Shown: positions 1 through 10,817 of the stretch, piece after piece
Layout of the letters: each line of letters begins with the position of its first letter
How positions within the stretch are numbered: position 1 is the first letter of the stretch
Translations under genes and position numbers: made by a program
Notes under the pieces: model-generated
What the model saw: only the letters and a program-made list of their open reading frames with translations
What the model was told of the DNA's origin: nothing
Databases searched by the model: none
From: an uncultured Methanoregulaceae archaeon
GTDB lineage: Archaea; Halobacteriota; Methanomicrobia; Methanomicrobiales; Methanospirillaceae
Length of the DNA: 64,000 nucleotides
Reading direction: 5' to 3'
Assembly: GCA_963701095.1 (NCBI GenBank)
Contig: OY969564.1
Location: 2,304,001-2,368,000, forward strand

Positions 1-495
1 GCAATCTGCATATCGAGGTGAATGACGTCGTACATCCCTTCAGCAGTGAGGACATCACCAGCGATAGCTTCGATGTTCTCTAATTTTGCTTCTTTGATGT
101 TTTTTAACGCAAGCGCCGAGAACTCAGGCCTAATCTCATAGGTTTTCACACGTGCTGCAATCCCGCCAAAATAGATCGCCGCGACTCCGCTTCCCGTCCC
201 TGCGTCAAGGACGTCGTCTTTGTGGTTCATACCTGTGTAGGCAATTACAAGGCCGATGTCTTTAGGGAGCATAGGTGCACCGGACCGTTTACCGTGTACG
301 AAAAAATCAGTGGGCCGGGGATCCGGACCACGAACTGAGCTCCGGTGTGGGTGGTAATTACAGCGCCTGGTTCTGCCCCGATAAGACCGGCAGCTCAATC
401 TGGCCCTTATCGGTAGATAGCTTTCCCGGGCCAGCCCGGGTGAAAAATTCCCGTCCCTCACCGACTAAAAGGACACGGTCCCCCTCGTCAATCAT
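1..495 (-). CDS. trmI: tRNA (adenine-N1)-methyltransferase, 3'-truncated at window edge, two apparent sequencing frameshifts (~390, ~322)
   Basis: Manual translation MIDEGDRVLL...GKRSGAPMLPKDIGLVIAYTG..VLDAGTGSG (SAM motif I); ATG overlaps the nac stop. Confidence 0.8.
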
Positions 496-833
496 GGCGA
501 AGAGAGTTTCAGGATCGCTTCGGCAATGTCGCCTTTGGTCGTGATCAGTGCTTCCTTGGCTTTTTCCGCAGGTACTTGGGCCTGCTCGGCTACCATAGCG
601 ATATCTTCTGCGGGGATTTCGACCGCAGCTTCTTCAAACCGGGGGGTTCCCACAATTTGGTAGGTGGTTGCACCCTGCATGGTCATCGCTGTTACTTCGA
701 CAGGCCCGAACACCCAGTTACCCTTAGGTGTCTTTATTACAATACTTTCGACGTCTTCAATTGGCTCGACCTGCATGCCGAGCTTCTTCATCATCGCTTT
801 CATCTGGCGTGGATTGATGTTTCCCGGAAGCAT
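492..833 (-). CDS. nac: nascent polypeptide-associated complex protein
   Basis: MLPGNINPRQMKAMMKKLG N-terminus and C-terminal UBA-like GDIAEAIL. Confidence 0.93.
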   Translation of the reverse strand: MLPGNINPRQMKAMMKKLGMQVEPIEDVESIVIKTPKGNWVFGPVEVTAMTMQGATTYQIVGTPRFEEAAVEIPAEDIAMVAEQAQVPAEKAKEALITTKGDIAEAILKLSSP

Positions 834-1311
834 TTTTTTCACTACCCTGCCGTACTCTTACCGCTGCACCATAATTAAATGCAAGCATCTCTGCGCCCGA
901 AAGGAGGGCTGCGCCGCAGGCAAGGAGCCGATCGCCGCCAGCTACAACGAGTACGTCGTCGCCCGCGCGGATCTGCGAATCAGCCGCGACAACATGTTTT
1001 GCAAACGCGTTTTTTCCCTGTGCCACAAACGCCGCGACATCTTCAAGGATTACAACCCGATAACCGGGTGGCGCGAGGATGGTTTGAAGCCGTCGGGCCC
1101 CTTCGATCCCTAGCGTTAACCTGCCGTCAGAAGCCCGGATAGTTGCAAGCCGTACTCCCCCGTAAAGGATTTGGCGAATCCTTCCGGTCGTCGAGAGCAG
1201 AAACTCACAGTCCTCAGGAAATAGCCTGGTCCCGCAAAGACTCCCGAACTGATAGTCAGCGATTGTCTGCACCCTGCGAAGCGAACTGTTCTCCGAGTAT
1301 CCTGTTGACAC
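757..1311 (-). CDS. PUA domain protein (TGT C-terminal-like)
   Basis: ADYQFG..SxTGRIRQ..GRLTL..GKNAFAKHV..IRAGDDVLVV; likely GTG start at 1311. Confidence 0.8.
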   Translation of the reverse strand: MSTGYSENSSLRRVQTIADYQFGSLCGTRLFPEDCEFLLSTTGRIRQILYGGVRLATIRASDGRLTLGIEGARRLQTILAPPGYRVVILEDVAAFVAQGKNAFAKHVVAADSQIRAGDDVLVVAGGDRLLACGAALLSGAEMLAFNYGAAVRVRQGSEKNASGKHQSTPDESDDEEARHAGRAN

Positions 1312-2656
1312 GGTTAACAAACTCCTGTTCTGCGGGTTTGGGGATAAAAGCTCCAGCGGCGATCTTATGTCCCCCGCCCCCGCCGCCATATTCTGCCGAG
1401 GCATCGCTTATTGCTTTCTGGAGATCAACGCCTCGTTCAATGACCCGCTCGGTCGTGCGCATCGATACCTTGGTCAGGTTCTTGTCCTCAGGCACTTCGC
1501 ACATGATAAGAATAGGCTTCTGGCTATTAACCTTTGAAAGTGCCATCCCTGCTCCAATACCAACAATGGTGTCCGGAAACCTTCCTCCCACGTGGATATA
1601 CTGTACATAATCGAGTTCCCGTACCCCAGTCTCGATGATATACTGCAGAAGGTTCCGGATAATTGCCCGGTGATTACCGAGCATATGTTCTGCCTCGCGA
1701 TATGCAATTCCCCGGTCACCCTTGAGGATAGCGCTCCCGACTGCTGGTTTTGTCCACCTGCCACAAGCATTGAGGAGAGTCGAGTATTCCTGGGCGTTCC
1801 TTAGCGGTGTTCTAGGGATTTCGCCCGGGAATCGGTAAGTCTCGGCAAGGAGTCGGTCCACCCGTTCACCGTTTGCGATAAGCTGCTCGGCAAGTGCTGA
1901 GATGATCCGGCGCCGATCTTCGTCGGAAAGTTCTTCCCAAACATACCAGCGACCGTCAGGGCTCTGCTGGACAATACCTAGTTTTTTAAGGAACTGTTTT
2001 GCGCCTTCAGGATTGTTACTTATCCCTTTGATGAAAGGATCATCATTATAGGTAAGCGAGAGGTGGACAGGCCGGGTGGCGGTCCCGTAGCAATTGAGAT
2101 CTTTTTTACAGACCTGAACCGACCCGTGCTTGATCCCATCTTCCACGATTTGCTCGCGGGCAGGCCCTACAAGCCCACAGGTCTCACGGGCCATCATGTC
2201 TCCCACGTTACCTATAATTGCAAGCTTTGCTAGATCAGCATTAGCCTCGTCCATAGATTTTGCGACAAAGTAGGCGACCCCGGCGGCACTCATCTTGGTA
2301 TATCCGTAAGGGAGACAATTTGCCTGCGGATATATGACATCTCCGGGCTGGCTCACGTGATGGTCGACAATAAGTACATCTTTTTCTTTCAGACCCCGGC
2401 CGGCAATAAGGGCCTGATGGCCTGCTCCCATATCGGCAAATACCTTAAGTGTGGCATCGTCCGGGACTTGGGGCATGGTTAATGGCTCAAGCTGCCGGAC
2501 AAAAACAGAACGGCAGGGTATTCCCTTCCTTGTGATTGCCTGAGAAAGAATAGCTTCACAGGAGATACCGTCTGCGTCGATGTGGGAGATGATGGTAATC
2601 CCATGTGCAGCCGTGATTTGTTCGGCAGCTGCCTTCACATCATCGCTGAAACCCAT
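1256..2656 (-). CDS. DHH family phosphoesterase (archaeal RecJ-like)
   Basis: HIDADG, VDHH and DHHA1 GGGGGHKIAAG motifs. Confidence 0.9.
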   Translation of the reverse strand: MGFSDDVKAAAEQITAAHGITIISHIDADGISCEAILSQAITRKGIPCRSVFVRQLEPLTMPQVPDDATLKVFADMGAGHQALIAGRGLKEKDVLIVDHHVSQPGDVIYPQANCLPYGYTKMSAAGVAYFVAKSMDEANADLAKLAIIGNVGDMMARETCGLVGPAREQIVEDGIKHGSVQVCKKDLNCYGTATRPVHLSLTYNDDPFIKGISNNPEGAKQFLKKLGIVQQSPDGRWYVWEELSDEDRRRIISALAEQLIANGERVDRLLAETYRFPGEIPRTPLRNAQEYSTLLNACGRWTKPAVGSAILKGDRGIAYREAEHMLGNHRAIIRNLLQYIIETGVRELDYVQYIHVGGRFPDTIVGIGAGMALSKVNSQKPILIMCEVPEDKNLTKVSMRTTERVIERGVDLQKAISDASAEYGGGGGGHKIAAGAFIPKPAEQEFVNRVNRILGEQFASQGADNR

Positions 2657-2697
2657 TGTCTATTATTTATGGAGTACTTACAGATGAAGTGTAGTAT

Positions 2698-4122
2698 ATG
2701 CGGCCCGATCTCAACTTATGTGCAGCGGATTTCCTCGAAACAGGTATAATAACCCCGGCACGGATGCGCGCAGTTGACGAAAACGCGCAGGCGCTCGGCG
2801 TCACCAGCCTCCAGTTGATGGAAAGTGCTGGAAAAGCACTTGCGGCGTCAGTACCTGATCTCCAACCGGCCTCGGTACTTATTCTCTGTGGACGCGGAAA
2901 CAACGGGGGAGACGGAATGGTGGCTGCCCGGTACCTCCAGCACGGTGTGAATACGAATGTCTTCTATTTGGATTATGGCAAACGTTCCCCGGCTAGCGCC
3001 CACCAACTGGCTGCATTGCCCGGCTGCCAGGTCAATATCCATCCTTTTGTATCCACAGATGACCTGCGTGCCCTTGCCCTCCTTTTCGAAAAGGCAGATG
3101 TCATCGTCGATGCCCTTCTCGGGACCGGTGCAGCAGGGGCTCTCAAAGAACCCTTGGCAACATGCACGGCGATGGCAAATGCATCCGGAGCAAAGATCGT
3201 TGCTGCTGATGTTCCCTCCCCTGGTATGCGGGCAGACCGGATCTGTGCATTCCACCGGCCCAAGGTGACTGGTTCTGACGTCGTTGATATTGGGGTCCCC
3301 ATTGAAGCAGAGATCTGCACCGGCCCCGGGGACCTCACACTTATCCCGGCGCGGAAAAACACAAGCCACAAAGGTGTAGGGGGCACCGTACTCATAATAG
3401 GAGGTGGGCCCTACCAGGGAGCCCCTTATCTTGCAGGCCTTGCGGCCCTTCGGTCTGGCGCCGATATTGTTAGGGTGGCGTCCCCGGTCTATGAACCGGT
3501 GCCTGATCTTATCTTCGAACGCCTCACCGGCGACCGGATCGGGACAGAACACATTGAAAAGCTCATCGCACTTGCAAGTCGAGCCGATGTCGTCGTATGC
3601 GGAAATGGTATGGGAACGGAAAGTCATGACATTGTCCTTGCCGTTGCCCCGCATTGTAAAAAAGCAGTGTTCGACGCTGATGGACTACGGCTTCCGCTTC
3701 CAAAAGCTGCCGGGGAGACAATCTATACACCCCATGCCGGGGAATTTGCCCGCATCTCTGGTGTCAAGCTCTCCGCTGATGCCGGTCATGCGTGTGGCAG
3801 GGCCAGGGCTGTGCAGGAAGCAGCAACACGACTTGGCGGCACCATTCTCCTCAAGGGGCCGGTTGACGTCATCTCCGATGGGCACAGAACCCGGTTCAAC
3901 CGGACCGGCGACCCTGCCATGAGCGTTGGCGGGACAGGAGATGTACTCGCCGGTGTATGCGGCGCGCTGCTCTGCCACCTACCGGCCTTCGAGGCGGCTG
4001 GGATAGCCGCGTACGTGAACGGCCGGGCAGGAGAACGTGTAGCTAAGTTATCGGGACAGGGCATGCTTGCTTCCGACCTGATGGACCGCATCCCGGAAGA
4101 GCTATTCAGGAGACAACGGTAA
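2698..4122 (+). CDS. nnr: bifunctional NAD(P)H-hydrate epimerase/dehydratase
   Basis: LMESAG, GRGNNGGDG, DALLGTG (YjeF_N); SHKG, TPHAGEF, GGTGDVLAG (NnrD). Confidence 0.92.
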   Translation: MRPDLNLCAADFLETGIITPARMRAVDENAQALGVTSLQLMESAGKALAASVPDLQPASVLILCGRGNNGGDGMVAARYLQHGVNTNVFYLDYGKRSPASAHQLAALPGCQVNIHPFVSTDDLRALALLFEKADVIVDALLGTGAAGALKEPLATCTAMANASGAKIVAADVPSPGMRADRICAFHRPKVTGSDVVDIGVPIEAEICTGPGDLTLIPARKNTSHKGVGGTVLIIGGGPYQGAPYLAGLAALRSGADIVRVASPVYEPVPDLIFERLTGDRIGTEHIEKLIALASRADVVVCGNGMGTESHDIVLAVAPHCKKAVFDADGLRLPLPKAAGETIYTPHAGEFARISGVKLSADAGHACGRARAVQEAATRLGGTILLKGPVDVISDGHRTRFNRTGDPAMSVGGTGDVLAGVCGALLCHLPAFEAAGIAAYVNGRAGERVAKLSGQGMLASDLMDRIPEELFRRQR

Positions 4123-4592
4123 TGGTCGAATTTACTCATATTGCAGACGGAATGGCACAGATGGTGGATATCAGCGCAAAATCTGATGTTGTGCGCGAAG
4201 CGGTGGCCACCGGCCGGATTTACCTGCGGCCGGCAACACTTACTGCTATCAAGGAAGGATCCGTTGTCAAAGGGAACGTGCTTGCCACCGCCCGGGTTGC
4301 TGCCACGCTCGCCGTTAAAGAAACACCCCGGATTATCCCTCTGTGTCATACTATTCTGCTTGGTGCCATTACTGTGGACTTTGTCCAATCCGATATGTAC
4401 ATCGAAGCAACGGTGACCACGAAATCCACCGGAAAAACCGGTGTTGAAATGGAAGCCCTAACCGGTGTCTCGGTCGCTCTTCTGACCATCTGGGACATGG
4501 TTAAGTCAGCAGAAAAAGATGAGAACGGCCAGTATCCCGCAACCCGAATCGATGGCATTCATGTCGTCGAGAAACGCAAGGAGTCGCCATAA
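4122..4592 (+). CDS. moaC: cyclic pyranopterin monophosphate synthase MoaC
   Basis: MVDISAK, IIPLCH, TGVEMEAL, WDMVK. Confidence 0.95.
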   Translation: MVEFTHIADGMAQMVDISAKSDVVREAVATGRIYLRPATLTAIKEGSVVKGNVLATARVAATLAVKETPRIIPLCHTILLGAITVDFVQSDMYIEATVTTKSTGKTGVEMEALTGVSVALLTIWDMVKSAEKDENGQYPATRIDGIHVVEKRKESP

Positions 4593-4708
4593 AAGGTCGA
4601 CCTTCGATTAATTTAATATCCCTACTAACATATTCTATAGGACTACGGGATATTGTCCCGTTGAAAGGAATGTAGCCCTTCTGGGCCGAACCTTGAGGTG
4701 TTAATACA

Positions 4709-5299
4709 ATGGTTAAATCGATGTATGCGTATGTCAGGGACGCATGGGCACGCCCTGAAAAATCCTATGTGAAAGAACTGCTCTGGAACAGGATGCAGGA
4801 ATGGCGCCGTGAAGGCAGTGTCACGAGGATAGAGCGTCCGACCCGTATCGACCGCGCACGATCACTTGGGTATAAGGCAAAACAAGGCATAGTTGTTGCA
4901 CGTGTCCAGGTCCGCCGTGGTGGCCGCCGGGTCTCCCGGTATGTCAGGGCACGCCGCTCAGCCCGGATGGGCAAGAACCGGAGCACCCCTGGAAAAAGCA
5001 TCCAGCGCATTGCTGAGGAACGAGCATCCAGCCGGTACCCGAATATGGAAGTACTTAATTCGTACTGGGTTGGTCAGGACGGCAAGCTGAAATATTACGA
5101 GGTCATTCTTGTCGATGGTCATCACCCGGTCATCCAGAGTGATGCAAACCTTGCTTGGGTAGGTAACCCCACTCATCGCGGCCGTGCAGAACGTGGGAAG
5201 ACCGCAGCAGGCCGCCGTGGCCGTGGTATGAGGACCCGGGGAAGGGGTACCGAAAAGACCCGCCCGAGCATCCGCTCCCATGCGAATCAGGGCAAATAA
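4709..5299 (+). CDS. rpl15e: 50S ribosomal protein L15e
   Basis: [29 protein letters not shown]. Confidence 0.97.
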   Translation: MVKSMYAYVRDAWARPEKSYVKELLWNRMQEWRREGSVTRIERPTRIDRARSLGYKAKQGIVVARVQVRRGGRRVSRYVRARRSARMGKNRSTPGKSIQRIAEERASSRYPNMEVLNSYWVGQDGKLKYYEVILVDGHHPVIQSDANLAWVGNPTHRGRAERGKTAAGRRGRGMRTRGRGTEKTRPSIRSHANQGK

Positions 5300-5331
5300 T
5301 CTTATTCTTTTTTCCCACTAAGGTTACCTTT

Positions 5332-5976
5332 ATGAAGATTACCGATGCCTGCGTGTATCCCTATCCTGCAGGTGATTCATCGGTCCGCCGGCTAGCGCTT
5401 GAGGCAAATATGTGCGGGTTCGACAGTATCGTAGCCGCAGACACTCCTGCAGCCAACGTGTATGGCATCGATGTGATTCCGGGTATTTTCCTTACCGGGA
5501 TAACGGCAAGGGAAATCCAGGCCATGGTAAAAAAAAGCAAGGGGACCGGTACTATCGTGTCCGTCAGTGCCGGAGACAACGGTTTTAACCGGGCCGTTGC
5601 CGGGACGACCGGCGTCCATATACTCCGGGATGTCAGTTGTGCGGATAAAAAAGCGTTCGACCATGTGGCCGCCAAAATAGCGGCAGATAATACGACCGCT
5701 GTCGATATCGATCTTTTCCCGCTTATATTCGGCCGCGGTCATTTCCGGCAAAAAGCGATTCACCGCTATTTGGATCTGATGGTCCTGTACCGCAGGTTCG
5801 AGTTTCCCCTTACTATCTCATCATCGACACGGTCAGTTCTTGGCCTTCGAACGGTGCGAGAAGTCACTGGTTTATGCTCGCTCTTTGGTATGGACGAGAC
5901 TGATGTTGAAAAAGCACTTGCCGGCGTCAGCCGGGTTACCGCATTTGGGGATGCTGCCGTGAAGGTGATACGGTGA
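5332..5976 (+). CDS. rnp3: RNase P subunit Rpp30
   Basis: PHP-like sequence, FDHVAAK, conserved position after rpl15e. Confidence 0.8.
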   Translation: MKITDACVYPYPAGDSSVRRLALEANMCGFDSIVAADTPAANVYGIDVIPGIFLTGITAREIQAMVKKSKGTGTIVSVSAGDNGFNRAVAGTTGVHILRDVSCADKKAFDHVAAKIAADNTTAVDIDLFPLIFGRGHFRQKAIHRYLDLMVLYRRFEFPLTISSSTRSVLGLRTVREVTGLCSLFGMDETDVEKALAGVSRVTAFGDAAVKVIR

Positions 5977-6497
5977 GTGTCCGTCCGCCAACACTCAGGG
6001 AAAAACGCCGGTACCTGCTCGCCCGCATCGACCCGGCTGGCACAAATCCTGAGGCAAAAGACCTGTATTACGCAGTGTACGAAGCGGTTGTTTCGCTGTT
6101 CGGGGACATGTCAGCCGCTGCAATGCAGCCGTCGGTAATTGCAGTGGAAGGGAAGTACGCTCTCCTGCGCTGTCGCCGTGGAGCCGAACGCGAGTTTGCA
6201 ATTGCACTCTCCACCGTTTCGATCTGCCGGGATATCACATTGGCGCTCAGGGTCCTTGCAGTCTCCGGCACGATCGAGAGCCTGCGGGAACGGATAGTGG
6301 CGCAGGGATCCGCCCCGAAAAATGAGGTTGCTCTCCTGTCCCACTACCAGTTTGATGCGTCCCCGGTAGAGATCGCGCAGTGGTACGGTCACAAGGTTGA
6401 TGCCTTAGAAAAGGGATTTAAAAATACACGTCGATTGTTCTTAACAACAGAAGATCTGGAGATTATCCATGCAACCACAATATCAGATGGGCTATGA
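5973..6497 (+). CDS. rnp2: RNase P subunit Pop5/Rpp14
   Basis: [10 protein letters not shown] and VSGTIESL motifs. Confidence 0.88.
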   Translation: MSVRPPTLREKRRYLLARIDPAGTNPEAKDLYYAVYEAVVSLFGDMSAAAMQPSVIAVEGKYALLRCRRGAEREFAIALSTVSICRDITLALRVLAVSGTIESLRERIVAQGSAPKNEVALLSHYQFDASPVEIAQWYGHKVDALEKGFKNTRRLFLTTEDLEIIHATTISDGL

Positions 6498-7191
6498 CCG
6501 GGCGATCACTGTTTTTTCGCCCGATGGCAGGCTTTACCAGGTAGAATATGCCCGGGAGGCAGTAAAGCGAGGAACAACAGCTGTTGGGATAAAGGCCCAG
6601 GGGGGCGTTGCACTTATCGTCGACAAGCGTGTCAGTTCTAAGCTGCTTGAATCCTCATCAATCGAGAAGATCTTCAAGATCGATGACCATATCGGGGTCG
6701 CATCATCGGGCCTTGTTGGTGACGCACGGGCTCTTGTAGATCGGGCCCGGATCGAATGCCAGATAAACCGGGTTTCCTATGATGAACGTATCGAGGTCGA
6801 GGCACTTGCAAAGAAACTCTGCGATCATATGCAAACCCTCACCCAGTACGGCGGTATCCGGCCCTATGGCACAGCCCTTTTAATTGCCGGGGTAAGCGAC
6901 AACGAATGCCGGCTTTTCGAGACTGATCCATCTGGTACTGTTCTTGAGTACAAGGCTACTGGTATAGGGATTGGAAGGCCAGCCGCCATGAAGGTCTTTG
7001 AAGAAGAATACAATGAAGGTCTTTCGATCAAAGACGCTATTCTCCTTGGCCTCAAGGCCCTTCACTCGGCGACGGAAGGCAAGTTCGACGTCGATACCGT
7101 AGAGATGGGAATTGTCGAATGTGAGGCAAAGGCGTTCCGGAAGATGGCAAAAGAAGAAGTCGCCTCGTATGTCGGTCAGTTTAAACAGTGA
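6469..7191 (+). CDS. psmA: proteasome alpha subunit
   Basis: [20 protein letters not shown] signature. Confidence 0.97.
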   Translation: MQPQYQMGYDRAITVFSPDGRLYQVEYAREAVKRGTTAVGIKAQGGVALIVDKRVSSKLLESSSIEKIFKIDDHIGVASSGLVGDARALVDRARIECQINRVSYDERIEVEALAKKLCDHMQTLTQYGGIRPYGTALLIAGVSDNECRLFETDPSGTVLEYKATGIGIGRPAAMKVFEEEYNEGLSIKDAILLGLKALHSATEGKFDVDTVEMGIVECEAKAFRKMAKEEVASYVGQFKQ

Positions 7192-7197
7192 TCCTGT

Positions 7198-7902
7198 ATG
7201 ATCAATCTTGAGCAGGCGGTCGTCGCCCGGCTAGAAAGTCACGGGGAAAAGTTCGAAATACTGGTTGAACCCCATCTGGCAGCCCGGATTCGTCAAGGCG
7301 AGAATATCAATATCGAAGATGCCGTCGCTGCTCTCAATGTATTCGGGAATTCGTCAAAAGCAACCCGGGCATCCGAAGAGTCTTTGGAAAAAGTATTCCA
7401 CACTACGGATTTTGCAACGGTTGCAAAAAAGATCATCGAAAAAGGCGAGATCCATCTGACTGCCGACCAGAGAAAGGAGATGACCGAGGAAAAGCGCCGT
7501 AAAGTGATTACATTCATTGCACGGAACGCGGTCAACCCCCAGACCGGCCACCCGCATCCGCCACACCGGATAGAAATGGCTATGGAAGAAGCCCGGGTCA
7601 ACATCGATCCATTCAAACATGTCGATGAACAGGTTAAAGAGGTTGTAAAAGCGCTGCGTCCGATCCTTCCCATACGATTCGAGGAACTCCGGCTTGCCAT
7701 CAGGATCCCGCCCGACAACGCAGCCCGCGCATACGGTGATATTGCGGCGGCAAGCACTATGGAAAAAGATGAATGGCAGAAGGATGGTTCCTGGGTCTGC
7801 GTCGTGAGAATTCCGGCAGGTATCCAGAGTGAGTTCTATGACCTCATAAACAAGCTCAGCAAAGGCGAAGGTCAGGTCAAGATCCTCAATCAAGTATATT
7901 AA
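7198..7902 (+). CDS. ribosome maturation factor SBDS/SDO1
   Basis: GEKFEILV, GEIHLTADQRK, NPQTGHPHPP. Confidence 0.93.
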   Translation: MINLEQAVVARLESHGEKFEILVEPHLAARIRQGENINIEDAVAALNVFGNSSKATRASEESLEKVFHTTDFATVAKKIIEKGEIHLTADQRKEMTEEKRRKVITFIARNAVNPQTGHPHPPHRIEMAMEEARVNIDPFKHVDEQVKEVVKALRPILPIRFEELRLAIRIPPDNAARAYGDIAAASTMEKDEWQKDGSWVCVVRIPAGIQSEFYDLINKLSKGEGQVKILNQVY

Positions 7903-7945
7903 TCGATAAGACAAATATAGAAAGTCAATTCGGTGGATATTAATC

Positions 7946-8250
7946 ATGGCAAAAAGCTCCGATAAATCAGCAAAAGGAAAAGTAACCGGTAGTGCAGGGC
8001 GTTTCGGCTGCAGGTATGGAAGATTCGTCCGCAAGCGTGTCGCCGAAATGGAGAAAATCTCAAGGGCAGTACACCGGTGCCCCCGGTGCGACACCGAGTC
8101 TCTCCAGCGTAAGGGAACAGGTATCTGGGGATGCCGGAAATGCGGATACAAGTTTGCCGGTGGTGCATACCAGCCCGATACCCGGGTCTCCGGGTAGCTC
8201 TGCGTGCAATCGAACGCTCCGGTGTTGTTGTCGAAGAAAAGAAGCAGTAA
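7946..8250 (+). CDS. rpl37ae: 50S ribosomal protein L37ae (apparent 1-nt sequencing frameshift ~8182)
   Basis: [27 protein letters not shown]; restoring one C gives [14 protein letters not shown] to TAA at 8250. Confidence 0.9.
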
Positions 8251-8264
8251 TTCAGGACTCCATA

Positions 8265-8399
8265 ATGGCAAGCAGTTACAAGTGCGCTCGGTGCAAACAG
8301 AAAGTGGAGATCGACGTTAACGTCCGATGCCCCTATTGTGGTCACCGTATTCTTTTCAAGGAACGTGGCGCAGCAATAAAAGAGCTCAAAGCCAAGTAA
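8265..8399 (+). CDS. rpoP: RNA polymerase subunit P
   Basis: [20 protein letters not shown] zinc ribbon. Confidence 0.93.
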   Translation: MASSYKCARCKQKVEIDVNVRCPYCGHRILFKERGAAIKELKAK

Positions 8400-8464
8400 T
8401 AACGGTATTTCCCGGCATCTCCTTTTTATTCTCGGTTTTCCCAGTACCTCAACGAGGTATAACT

Positions 8465-8699
8465 GTGCAGCACGAAGCTTTTCCGGTTCACTACCGATCA
8501 TGCGGAGAAGATCCTCCGTTCGCTTCTTCCCGAGCTCAGCGATGAGGTGAATCCACGATCATCTACCCGGTGCTGGCTAGAAAGGACTGATACGCTCGTT
8601 CTTCAAGTCGAGGCCCAGGACATCGCTGCTCTGCGAGCTGCCCTTAATATGTTCCTGCGGCTTGTGAGCATTGCCGAGGAAATGCAGGAGATCGCATGA
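8465..8699 (+). CDS. pcc1: KEOPS complex subunit Pcc1 (apparent frameshift ~8480)
   Basis: Manual translation ..SLLPELSDEVNPRSS..LVLQVEAQDIAALRAALNMFLRLV; conserved position before pfdB. Confidence 0.8.
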
Positions 8700-8768
8700 A
8701 AACTATCGACAGCCGCCGGTGTGCGGAATCATTTTTAATGCTGGCAGATGAAACCTGATAGGAATACT

Positions 8769-9131
8769 ATGCAGAACATATCCCCCAAAGTTCAGAACCA
8801 GCTCGCCATGCTCCAGCAGGTCCAGCAACAGCTTCAGACCGTTGTCCAGCAAAAGGCCCAGTACGAAATGGCGGTCCGCGAGGCAAAAAGGGCTGAGGAA
8901 GAGGTCAAGGACTCTGCCGATGAAACGCCGATGTTTATGAGCATCGGAACGGTCATGGTACAGAAGTCAAAAGAACACGTAACCAAGAATCTAACCGAGA
9001 AAGTGGAGACTCTGGAACTCCGGATCAAGTCCCTGGAAAAACAGGAGACTATGCTCCAAGGAAAATTTGAGCAGCTCCAGACCCAGATTAAGGCCGCAAT
9101 CGAGGGCAAGAGTGCCCCGAACGCAGCATAA
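8769..9131 (+). CDS. pfdB: prefoldin beta subunit
   Basis: Coiled coil, FMSIGTVMV, ETLELRIKSLEKQE. Confidence 0.93.
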   Translation: MQNISPKVQNQLAMLQQVQQQLQTVVQQKAQYEMAVREAKRAEEEVKDSADETPMFMSIGTVMVQKSKEHVTKNLTEKVETLELRIKSLEKQETMLQGKFEQLQTQIKAAIEGKSAPNAA

Positions 9132-9197
9132 CTTTTTTGTGCATTTAATCCATTAACCCAAATAGGTTTACAAGAACGCACTACTACCCTGTGTGTA

Positions 9198-9938
9198 TCA
9201 GAGTACGAGCGATGGCCCGCGGTTTTTGCTGATCTCTATTACTTTTCTCGTACACAATTCCGCTTCCTCATCCCGGCCAAGCCGGCGAAGGGCTGCTGCC
9301 TTGTCGTTCCACGCGGTGATGTCAAAAGGATTGATATCAAGGGCATTGGTGAACGCGTCTACGGCATCCTCGTACCGGCCAGTCATCGCCAGACAGTACC
9401 CTTTATTTGTCCAGACTGTTGCGACACCCGGATTGATGCGGAGCACTTCCTCATAGCAGACGAGCGCTTCTTCATATCTTCGGGTATCGGAAAGAACTAC
9501 GCCTTTATTATACCATGGCTTGGGGTATTCCGGATCGATCTGGATCGCGGCTTCATAACTCTCCATCGCTTCATCCTGCTCGCCAAGGTGGTAATGGCAG
9601 TTCCCTTTCGCACTCCATGCTTCAAGGTGACGGGGATCGAGCTTGAGTGTTTCTTTAAGGCAGGGAAGGGCCTGCCTCAGGTCGCCCCGGTGATAGAGGA
9701 TAAACCCCTCCAGGTACCAGGCATCGGTATTAAGTGGGTCAATAGCGTGGATCTTTTCGATAACGGCAAGAGCATCCGCAAACCGGCCTATACGATCAAG
9801 GGTAGCAGCTTTTCCCAGAAAAGCCCCGAGATTCCCCGGTTCTGCAAGAATCTTCCGATCAAAGAGTACAAGTGATTCGTCGTATCTTCCGATGCAGGAA
9901 GAGAAAAACCCGTCCAGATCTTCCATGGCACACCACAT
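9198..9938 (-). CDS. tetratricopeptide repeat protein
   Basis: Repeated W.NKG..L...G...EA...Y..A..I.P units. Confidence 0.88.
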   Translation of the reverse strand: MWCAMEDLDGFFSSCIGRYDESLVLFDRKILAEPGNLGAFLGKAATLDRIGRFADALAVIEKIHAIDPLNTDAWYLEGFILYHRGDLRQALPCLKETLKLDPRHLEAWSAKGNCHYHLGEQDEAMESYEAAIQIDPEYPKPWYNKGVVLSDTRRYEEALVCYEEVLRINPGVATVWTNKGYCLAMTGRYEDAVDAFTNALDINPFDITAWNDKAAALRRLGRDEEAELCTRKVIEISKNRGPSLVL

Positions 9939-10102
9939 GACAACAGAAGGTCGAAAAGATTATAGTATTTTTCTGTCGGGCATTTGTGTTATGTAGGTTT
10001 AGAAGATTTCTGTGATCTCCACAACAACAGGGAAACGTGTAGAGTATTGTTTCCTTATCCCGAGCACTCTCCTAAGTATCAAACGCATCTTTAATACCAG
10101 AT

Positions 10103-10621
10103 GTGGCAATCATGCCTTTGATTGGTATGCCTGAAGTAAAAGATGACCCTTTGGTCGGGAAACCGGCACCGGATTTCTGTCTTCCGGATGCGCAAGGAAC
10201 ACCGTTCTGTCTTCGTTCATTCAAGGGAAAATGGGTGGTCTTGTATTTTTATCCCCGGGACAACACACCGGGGTGCACGATTGAAGCAATGCAGTTCAAT
10301 GCGGCACTCGAAAAGTTTGTGGATCTTGGTGCACAGGTCATTGGTGTAAGCACCGATTCGCAGGAAAGCCACCAGAAGTTTGCCGAAAAATATAGTCTTG
10401 CGATCCTTCTTCTGAGCGACGCAGATCATAAGGTAATCACTGATTATGACTCTTGGAAACCATTGATTCTGTTGGGTAAAGAGATATTGGGTACATCAAG
10501 AGATACATTCCTGATCAACCCGGAAGGAACGATCACCGATGTCTGGCGCAAAGTTTCTCCTAAGGGACATCCCGAAGAAGTCAAAACAGTGCTGCTAAAA
10601 AGGAAGGAGGGTATGAAGTAA
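10103..10621 (+). CDS. bcp: peroxiredoxin (Bcp/PrxQ)
   Basis: VVLYFYPRDNTPGCTIEA. Confidence 0.93.
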   Translation: MAIMPLIGMPEVKDDPLVGKPAPDFCLPDAQGTPFCLRSFKGKWVVLYFYPRDNTPGCTIEAMQFNAALEKFVDLGAQVIGVSTDSQESHQKFAEKYSLAILLLSDADHKVITDYDSWKPLILLGKEILGTSRDTFLINPEGTITDVWRKVSPKGHPEEVKTVLLKRKEGMK

Positions 10622-10817
10622 GATAACCCGGCACAGCGCCTGCCTATATTCCATTTAACGGGCTAATGAATATCTCAAACCAATTTCTCAAAATCTGTTA
10701 GTGTAGCACATGAGATGCTTTTTGTTTAGTGATCCCGTACTATGTCAACAATCTTCTTAGGCACTACCAGGTATATTGCACCGTAGATGTAGGGGCACGC
10801 TAAAAAAGGAGGTTTTT

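Noticed and set aside
757..833. PUA/NAC overlap as dual coding
   Set aside because: The PUA tail is a low-complexity run-on into nac next to a 7-nt homopolymer; no sign of function
7946..8699. Programmed frameshifting or pseudogenisation of rpl37ae and pcc1
   Set aside because: These are conserved core genes, and the same small-deletion pattern occurs across the window; sequencing error is simpler
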